Shown here piece by piece: positions 22,962 to 32,000 of a stretch of 32,000 bases of DNA. The stretch is from NCBI GenBank assembly GCA_054661495.1, contig BAAFSQ010000032.1:27596-59595 (forward strand), given 5' to 3'. How positions within the stretch are numbered: the stretch's first letter is position 1; each line of letters begins with the position of its first letter. The position numbers were made by a program, and so were the translations under genes. The stretch comes from Zygophlyctis sp. KS116 (lineage: Eukaryota > Fungi > Chytridiomycota). Below the pieces are notes generated by a model. It saw only the letters and a list, made by a program, of their open reading frames with translations, had not been told where the DNA came from and made no database searches.

Positions 22962-25900
22962 ATGATTCGACTGACATCATTGAAAGAGTTGACTTCACCC
23001 AAGTCCACTGGTATAATTTGGATAGCCGGTAGCTTAATAGTGCACAATGATCAGCTATACGTCTGCGATGGGGAGCTCCGATACAAAGTATACCTGCAAC
23101 TTGGTCCACAGGGGAGCGAGCTTTTAAACGATTATGGTATTGTCTTGGGTACAAACCAAATATTCAAGGAGTCTATGATTGTATCTAAACTATTATATTT
23201 GAATATCCGCGATGTTTGCACACACTATGACTATTACTTGTCCCCATTGATCATCCATCAGCCCGAGGAAAATATGGACGATGCATCTAATAAATCTCTC
23301 ATGCTTGATCAGGGGACATTTGCAGTCGAAATTCAGGCTAAAAGTGAAATTCTTTGCAAAGGATCAGTAGATTTCATAATTCAAGCAACAATTCGTTCTA
23401 ATGACTTTTCATGGTTGCCCTCAAATTTATCTTATCAAGCACAAAAATGTTGTGTATGTACTGTGTTTATTATTTTCCATGGAGGTAGGATCTAACATGC
23501 AATAACTGATAGAAGAGCGTGATCTGCTAAAGTTAACTCTTTTACATTCATTTTTACATATCGGCCAATCATATATTTTTGGAAAATTAAGATCTTCAAA
23601 GATAAGATTCCCAAATGGGGAGAAAAAGAAGATTCTATCATACAATGTATCAAAGTCATGGTTTAAGTTGTATAATGGGCAATTAATACATGATAATGTT
23701 TTGGATCAAAACTTTCAAATGGAATTGACATTTCCTGTGCCACCATTAAATGTTATAAAAACAAGGATGATTTCGTATAGTGGATTGATTACCAAAGTTT
23801 TGGATGGGCAATTTAGATTTTTTGAAATGGATGGAAAGCATCAACTCTTTCTTGGATACTGTCTAGATCAATCATTAGATTTGATTTCTGTTGGGACTAA
23901 AATTACTTTTAATCATGCTCATATATTTACAATGTCCGAAATTGCTGTTTTTGTTGGATGTCATTTTACTAACTTACTGGTTGAGAGTACTGAAGAGGTC
24001 AATGAATGTGAAAATATCCCTCGTAGAAAGATTTGGATAAAGTATCCATCTATAAGGGATTTTTTTATAAGTAGAAACTTCAAAACAGCGCTCAATATAA
24101 TTTTGGGAGACAAAACGCAAGACTTATCCTCTATTATACAAGAACTGAAGAATTTCATCGTCGATAAAGAGGTTCGCAGAAGCAAAGAACCTAATTTATT
24201 TGATTTTATGACTCACAATTGTATGGAGGAATGTCCGGTTGTGTTTGGTCATGATAATTTACCAAAAATTCTGACTCCTTCGGACTTAATTGAAATAGCT
24301 CAAGAACGAGATGATGCAGAATATAATCTCCAAAAAGGTTATCATGTTTCTGTTATTTCTCATAAAGAATTGGGCTTCGGCCATCCCTTTCTATTAGGTA
24401 TTCTTGACTCGAATGAAACGGGCACTCTTCGGCTTAGGGATTCTTTCGGACATTCTGTAATGTGTGCTGTAAAACCAAGCGATTGTGGGCTATTGTCGCT
24501 AAAGAATTTCAGGCAGTTAGCCTTGGTCTCAGAATTCCAAATTGTTATTGAAAAATATGGATATTCATCATTGGAAGAATTGACGACAAAGATTTACATT
24601 CGGCTAACGCTTAGTTCGGCATTCTTTTGGGACATCTTTGTCAAGAGACCGCCAATGATACCTTTTAATTTTGCATTTCAACTTACGTATATAAGGCCAA
24701 TAATATGGGACCTAAATCCCGGGCTCAAGACATTGACTTCTTGTACACTTGAAGGATTTGGATGGCCGATTGATTCATTCAAAAATAAGAAGGGGGAATT
24801 TAAGAAAATGTGGATCAAATTATCCGGTTTTGCTGCTGCTCTTGTTCCATTCCTCCAAAAAGAGCAAATCTATCTCATTTTTGGTGATCTGTTAAGGTTG
24901 GATAACGTATCGGACATTATTGTGAATATTACTCAAGAATCAAATATTGAAGAAGCGCCAGGTCTTCCGCTCGAACTGAAGAAAGAAAATATGGCTCCAG
25001 AGATGCCAGTCATCACCCTTCAGACTTTTGTTCTTGGATATCAATCTCTACAAATTTCTCCAGGATTGACAGAAGAGTTAATTTCAATTAGAGCTGTGCT
25101 CATCTCAAAAGAAATAATATCTTCTGAATCTTGGGAATCACCATGCCGCTTATCATCCAAGGAATTATCTGCCACGTGGAATATTGGGATCGGATTCTCA
25201 GACAGGATCTTGGTATTGCAACTGAGAGATGAATTCTCTCATGAAGAATTTTCAGTTTATTATGATAGCCGAAAGCTAGCGCTACAATCTGATATTTTAC
25301 CTGGGTGCACTATCCAATTCACACGACTTGGACTTCAAGTTTCCAAAGCCAGAAAGCTTTATGGACTTGTTTTACCAATGACATCTATTGAAATTTTATC
25401 GCTAGATACTGGAAATAATCCAATGTCAGTCATTGTTCAAAATCCTCCATTACCTTTGATGAAACTCTTTGATGTAAACCAATTTACCCCAACTTGTCGC
25501 GTACTCTGTTCTATATCTCAAATTATAAACATTTCTTTAAAGAGACAAAATCGTGCCGATAATGCAAGATCTACATGTGAAATAAGCGGAACAGCCACTT
25601 TAAAATTGGAAGATGGAACTCAAGAAGCCACCGGACACTTAAACTCAATTGATGTTTTATTCTCTATTTTATCAGTAGATCCGAATACAAAGTCTGTTTT
25701 GATTGATGCAACAAAAAGATTTGGAGAAATCGGGTTTTCAAGCGACTCTGACAAATCTGAGTCTTGTTCTAACGAGATATTAACGCAGCTGGCTGTGTCT
25801 GCGTGTTCACCATCTCTCAAAATTCTAAAAGTAAAGTTCAAATATTTGGGGACAGATTACAGAGTAAGATCAATTAATTCAAAGGACGAAACAGCTCAGA

Positions 25901-25992
25901 TTGTCTGCCCACCGACCCTAGGCATACAAATTGAAGGCCATGAAGCCCTGGACGCCCTCTGTATTTTGCACCAAGCGCTTCAAAAACTGTGA
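22962..25992 (+). CDS. CTC1: CST complex subunit CTC1-like multi-OB-fold protein (about 1000 aa)
   Basis: Intron 23485-23512 joins the ORFs. Motifs ISYSGLITKVLD..FFEMDG, ILPGCTIQFTRL..VSKARKLY and LKLEDGTQEA parallel animal/plant CTC1 (SYSGxVTxVL..YELDG, LLPGAxVxF, LVEDGTAEA) in the same order. Confidence 0.78.
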
Positions 25993-25993
25993 G

Positions 25994-27337
25994 ATGGCCG
26001 ATAATTTACTTTATAAATGGAATTTGCAGGATGGTATGGGCGTTTCGGATCAATTAAAAACTTTTCTGATGGATGATGTGAATGTAAGATTGTTATTTTC
26101 ATCTGATAGATCTCTGATTCCGATAAAAGAATTCTAGAGGATAAAACATCACAATCCATTTTAGCACCATTTTTCAAGCCAATAGTTGATTACAAAAAAT
26201 CCAAAGATCCTATGGATCGTTTTGATGCTCTCAGTGGACTCTTTTCGTAGGTTTTGGTTCGAATGAATTCTAGTGCATTTTCAAGTACTTTTGGCGGTAG
26301 CTGGCAACTTCCAATATTAGAAGTACTTTCCTCTTCTCTGATAAACGTCGCTTCCAAAGTAATAATTTGATTGCTAAATTCTAGGCGGATCGAGCTTTAA
26401 TAGAGAATGGCGATAGGCCTGCATGTTGTAGCCAAGTTCAAAATCAATTTTCAAGGCTTTTATCTCTGGTTCTTATGGATAGAGGGTTATAATTTAGTTT
26501 TAAACTTTAGATCTGGAGATACAAGATCTGGGATTTTATGGGTAGGAATTGCGTCGCTAAAGTTGTGCTTTAAGGTAGCTTTGACTCTGATTGAAATTAG
26601 ATGAAAGAATATCATTTGTGTCCTAAAGTTATTGGACAAATAGAGAATTATTTGGAACGGAAAGGGTCATTTGATAGTTTTTGCAAGTCCCATCAGGTCA
26701 CATATAGATATTATATCGGAAGAGTTTTTCTTCATTCTTTTGAATTTGCAAAGGTTTTTCCCAATTACAACTTATATTAAGGCTGATGATGCTCTGACTT
26801 TTGCTTATGAAAACTGCCCTCCTCAAGCTGTGAAGAATAAGAGTTTGATATTGCTATATCTGGTCCCAACAAGATTTGTTCGTGGATCCTTGCCTGATAT
26901 AAATATTCTCAAGCAATTTGGACTTGATCCTTACTATGGCCCGTTAATTCAACCATATAAATCTGGAAATTATAAGTCTTTCGCGGAGCATGTAGCGTCT
27001 TATTTAGATTTTTTTAGATATCGCCGTTTGTATTCTATTCTTATTCATCGCACTAAGCTGATCATTTATCGAAATGTATTTAAAATTTGGTAATATTTAT
27101 TTTCCTAATTTAAGTTTTTCATTGAATGGAAATTCTAAAATCCCTATGGCACTTGTACACGCTGCATTTCAACTACTAAAGGAGGATTTAACAATCTCTG
27201 ATGTTGAGTGCATTGCGGTTTCTTTGATTGAGCAGGGATATATCAGAGGCTATATAGTACATAAGCGATCATTACTTGTTCTTGCCAAGACTCAGCCATT
27301 CCCTCGACCTTATTCAGTCGCCTGCAAACTTGGATGA
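25994..27337 (+). CDS. PCI-domain protein, PCID2/Thp1/Csn12 family (8 exons)
   Basis: Seven 25-28 nt introns give a continuous frame with HQVTYRYYIGR, KNKSLILLYLVP, IIYRNVFK, DVECIAVSLIEQGYIRGYIVH and LAKTQPFP. Confidence 0.88.
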
Positions 27338-27397
27338 TTTGCTTGCGGAGATTTTATCGCATGTTGTAAAATAATAAATCGGACATTTTATATAATT

Positions 27398-30255
27398 ATG
27401 GCTATGGAATATCGACAAACGATCATCGACGCTCATTCCAAGCCTATTTTGGCTATTCAGTACAATCCTTTCAGAAGGGAAATCTATTCGGCTGGAGAAG
27501 GTATTTCTGACACCCATCCGCTAAAATTAGATTCTATGATACATGTTTGGGAGGCTGAAACAGGGAAATTGTTAAATAAATGGTCTGGGCATACTGGATG
27601 GATCACTGCATTGATTTACTGCCGAGAAGTTAAAATGCTTTTTTCTTGCTCAATAGATGGCCTTGTAATTGCATGGGGATCAAATGGAAAAATTATCGAA
27701 AGAGTAGATGTAATTTCATCAGACTTATTATTAAATAGACTAGAAATCCAATTTATTGTATTGCATTCAATCCCCGCCATCTACAACTAATGGTCGGACA
27801 TGCGAAAAAGGTCCGATTATTTCAACTGATCAATCCGGAAGAAAATGCTCACTCAATGACAGAGGTTTTGGAAAAAAAGTCAGTGACATGTGCTGAACAT
27901 TCAGATGTAGTTGGACATCTGGTTTGTTGTGAAGGGAGATTTTACTCGGCAGGGTATTGATTGATTAAATTCTTATCTCAGATTTGACAGAAAAATTGTT
28001 ATTTATGAAATGCCTCATCATGGAGAAAGAAGAGTTGACGTATCTTCTGTTATATGTAATGCGCATGATGCAGCAATATCTGCGATGATATATGCAAAAG
28101 ATGCCGATAATAGCTGGTACTACATTTAACTTGCTAATCATTTAAGGATTATAACAGGATCATTTGATCGTACAGTAAAAGTTTGGTCTTTGGATGGAAA
28201 TCTTCTGCAGAGATTTGAATTTTTGTAAGAAACTATATTACAATCTCAACATAGAGATACAATTACTTCGATCATTTACGTTGTGCCAACTCAAACATTA
28301 TGGATCACGGCCAATTCACAATCGATTATAATCTACGATCCCCGCTCTGGAGTGAATGTATAAACATTTTGCATTGATAAATAGGTCTCAGAATTTATAG
28401 AAACACAGGACAAAAAATTAATTCAAGATTTAGGACCTTTTACGTTTAAGCAACTCTTATTTGTACCAGATAATAATGAGATCATGGCGGTTTCAAGTCG
28501 CAGAACTCTTATATCATGGCGATTTAATCAGTTTGCTTCAGCTATTATATTACCTGGGCATTCTGATATCGTGGAATGCTTATGTTTCACCTCTAAAGAG
28601 CCTATTTTGTTTTTTAGTGGAGGCGATGACGGGATAATTAGAAAGTCAGAAAGATTGCAATTAAATGCGTTCATGTATAGGTGAAGCTTTTTGTGCACTA
28701 AAACGCTTAGCTTTGATTTTCTCAATGCTTCACCGACAGATTTCCCTGCGCGCAGAACTTCAAACTATATCAATTCTAAACATAAGTCAAACATAGCTTC
28801 AGAGAATTCTAGGCAAAAGGCTGAAGATATCTCAAAGTATTTGATACGCCCAGGAGTTTCCGCTTTGGATTATTGCGACGAACTTGATTTTTTGATCTCT
28901 GGTTATGAAGATGCAAGAATTTGTAATTTAAAATATTGTGAATATCGCTAGGTGTATGGGGATATAATGAGGAAGTCGAAGGGCAGCTTATTCAAAAGAT
29001 GAATGAATTCGAAATCAACGGAGGTGGGATGAATTCAGGTGAACAAGTTTCAAATCGGGTATCTGGTCTCTCGTTGCGCTGCACATTTAATGATCATAAA
29101 GATATTGTAACTGCAATTCAATGCATTTCTAAAGATTCTCAGCAGTGGATGCTGACCACGGGATGGGACAGAAGAATCTGTGTATATGATCTGAAGGCAT
29201 TGCGCCTACACTCAGTTTTCTCTAATAAGGATGCATTATTTGGAAAAGAAGAATTAGCAGCTGACGGAGTGATTCTAGATATAGCATATTCAGATTCTAG
29301 AAATGAATTTGGTTATGCATCAGCTGACAAACAAGCATATATACGTCGCTTTAATCCCAAAGGTGACCAGATGACTTTAGTAGCAGTATTACAAGGACAT
29401 GAAGCAGAAGTAACAGTGATTAAATGGCACAAAAAAGAAAGGCTTTGGATAACAGGGTCTGAAGATCGAACAATCCGAATTTGGGTAATTAAATAACCAC
29501 TCAAGTAGACAGCCGGAACAAGGAATCCCTGCTCTAAGGGTCATAAATAACGAAGGGTCTGTAACTGCATTATGTATCGACGATATTAATGGGTGTATAC
29601 TAACTGGATCTCCCGATAAGATTCTAAGGGTGTTTGACTTGGACAAAAAAGATGAAGTGGTTCAAAAAAATCATGGACATAATGATGAAATTAGAAAAAT
29701 CATACATATTCCTGCAAGAAATCAAGTATTTTTTTAGTATTAATAATAGTATGTCACTGCATCATGGGATAATACGGTTCGTGTCTGGAATGGTAAGCTA
29801 TATGATTTTCCTAAAAATAGCCCATTTCAAAAAAGGTCAAAGAAAAACCGCAGTCACTACAGAAATAGGAACTACTCACACAGCTTATTATGAAATAGAT
29901 GAGGTAACTCGCATGAATATTGATCTAATTTAGAATGCACCAACATATGCTGATCTGAATCCCTTAATTATCCCAAAAGTTTTAGCAAAGGGAATATTTG
30001 TTAAGGATACAGCAGCCCTCACTGAAAAAGCCTTTGAAGAAGATGACATGCAGCAGGTAATATATATTGGGTGATACTTTAGCTTGAAAAATCCAAATTA
30101 GAAGAAGATTTGTTATTGACCTTAAATGAACTTGAATCAGCATTGAACAATCCAGATGTAGAATATTTTAATATTTAATAAAATAGAAAATGGCCGGCAA
30201 AAAATTAAAACTCAAAAACTCTACTGAAAGGAAACAGTCAAAGAAAATCAAATGA
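27398..30255 (+). CDS. Large multi-propeller WD40 protein (15 exons)
   Basis: Many GH...SxDxxIxxW repeats (SAGEDSMIHVWE, TGSFDRTVKVWS, TGSEDRTIRIW, TASWDNTVRVWN). Fourteen introns of 24-30 nt keep one frame to TGA at 30253-30255. Confidence 0.85.
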
Positions 30256-30287
30256 AAGCACATTGCAAATAACTAATTTAAGAATAT

Positions 30288-31670
30288 TTATAAAGAAAGA
30301 ATAGTATAATCGGTATTTGCAGAATTATCAACCATTGGCTTGAGAAATGGGTGGCACAAAGCTTCAGATGGTGTCATTCGGTCCTCTGGGCTCCATGTCA
30401 ACATTCGTTCAATCCAATCTAAGAAATGAAAGACATCAGAAGCAGATGGATCTAAATCAGGGCGCCCCATTGGAATTTTGTCCTTTATAAAGTCGATCAG
30501 TTTCTTCCTTTGTCCTTTTTCGTGTGGTACAAATGAGTATTGTCCTCTTCGAACATGCACAAAATATCTCTCCAGTTTTTCTTTGGAACTTTTCTCTATT
30601 ATTTCAGGCGGTGGAAGTCCCATGACATTTATAATTTTTTCCAGTTGCCCATGCTCGGAGCTCCCTGGAAAAACAGGGGTTCCGATCAATAACTCCATAG
30701 CCATACATCCAAAGGACCACATATCAATTGAAGTATTGTAAGGAATACCCAAAATAACTTCTGGAGATCTATAGAATCTAGATTGAATGTATGAATAAGC
30801 CTATTTTTAGATAAAAATTAACGATTACTCTTTCATTAATAAAACAGGAAGAGCCGAAATCAATAACTTTCAATGCTGCAGATTTCGCGTTAACCAGTAG
30901 AACACTACTGATTAAATCAAAAATTTACTTTTCTGGTTTCAAATCACAATGAATTATTTGCACGTCCTTTTTTGATAGGAATTCGAGGCATGTTAGAATT
31001 TGAATAGAAAATTGCCTAACAAGACTCAAAGGCAACCCCTGAAATCCACCTTTTCGTAGAATTTCGTATAAATTAAATGATAATAGTTCATATACAATAC
31101 ATAAGTGATTTCTGTGTTGAAACGTTTGTATCATTTTGACTATTAAAATTATTAATTTAAGATTGAATACCGATTGGTTCATTTGTTACTTTTTCATTTA
31201 AGAATTTCAAAATCTTAATTTCTATCAATCCCTGATTAGTGAATGCTTTTCTATTTTTGATGATTTTAATTGCAACCATCTTATCGAATATGAAGTCATG
31301 TGCTTGAACAACCTGTCCAAAGCTTCCTTTTCCGATTAGATTATGAATTCTAAATCTGTCTTTCCAAACTTCTCCTTTTCTAATTATGTAGTCATTATTT
31401 TCATCATCATATGCATCATTATTTAAGCGCTTTGGTGGAATTGTAGTTTGAGCTTTCTTTTCAGCCTCTTGAGATTTTCTGGCTATTAAATTGTAATTCT
31501 CAGCAAGGCGAAGTGTCATTTGTATCAGGGACCGTTCCATTAATCTCGCTTGTACTTGTGGGCTTTTCTATGAGTCAGCGCATATTAATTTAAACCATTT
31601 TGATATCCCTGTATAGTCCGAGTAGGCCAACAGTCAGTGAATGGGTTAGATTAACCACCTCGAGTGTCAT
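30288..31670 (-). CDS. DYRK1: DYRK-family kinase, class 1 (DYRK1/minibrain-like), 5 exons
   Basis: DH box YDDENNDY, GKGSFGQV, IIHCDLKPEN, DFGSSC and activation loop YSYIQSRFYRSPE. Introns 31568-31595, 31140-31170, 30905-30928 and 30801-30828. An extra 5' exon starts at ATG 31670. Confidence 0.88.
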
Positions 31671-31676
31671 TTTCTA

Positions 31677-31697
31677 TGTCCGATTACGTGTCCGAAT
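31677..31697. promoter_or_regulatory. Two tandem TGTCCGA(T/A)T motifs just upstream of the DYRK ATG
   Basis: TGTCCGATT at 31677-31685 and TGTCCGAAT at 31689-31697. The same core recurs in five other upstream spacers. Confidence 0.45.
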
Positions 31698-32000
31698 CCT
31701 GAAACAAATAATCAAACGGTTCCGCGACGCGCGTCTCATAAGTTTTGGATATGTGTTTGGGACGTCTGCAGTAAATCCTCCGCAAACCGTTTCCTTTCAT
31801 TGCGATGGATGATCTACCCGTACTAACAAGTAAGTGTCGGACTACATGAATTAACAGATCGAACTGCCGAATTGAAACTGGCTGTTGAACTCATCTCACA
31901 TTGGTTCTTTTTTCATATTTGAATTTTTGTGCTGATGTTTATACTTGATTAAATCCATCGAATAAATGAAATATATATTTGTATCAAGCCTTGAATATAC

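Noticed and set aside
7407-29646. Short antisense or alternate-frame ORFs (e.g. 7407-7658, 7952-8215, 9826-10242, 22784-23047, 29389-29646)
   Set aside because: They overlap well-supported genes and show no recognisable motifs.

Overview
This is AT-rich eukaryotic nuclear DNA in the standard genetic code, most consistent with a zoosporic (chytrid-like) fungus (inferred from gene content). The ORF track looks fragmented because genes are split by very small spliceosomal introns. By hand I reconstructed 20 genes and 59 introns, all 23-32 nt. In order: unknown gene, glutathione reductase, PTAR1-like, CFEM-like GPI protein, TM+glycosyltransferase, AAA+ ATPase, prolyl oligopeptidase, unknown gene, RVDP-type ankyrin protein, coiled-coil protein, eIF4B, CDK1, SPC2, C5orf34-like, Ariadne RBR ligase, RPN3, CTC1, PCID2/Thp1, a 14-intron WD40 protein and a DYRK1-class kinase. 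Only about 2.1 kb is intergenic; one gene pair overlaps, one abuts and one is 1 nt apart. The main leads are (1) the tiny-intron splicing regime with degenerate signals, (2) a recurrent TGTCCGA/TCGGACA motif concentrated in promoter-side spacers, (3) a five-gene co-oriented run with 1-66 nt spacers, and (4) retention of CTC1 and DYRK1-class genes. No RNA genes, mobile elements or CRISPR arrays were supported. All gene models are manual and unverified by transcripts.
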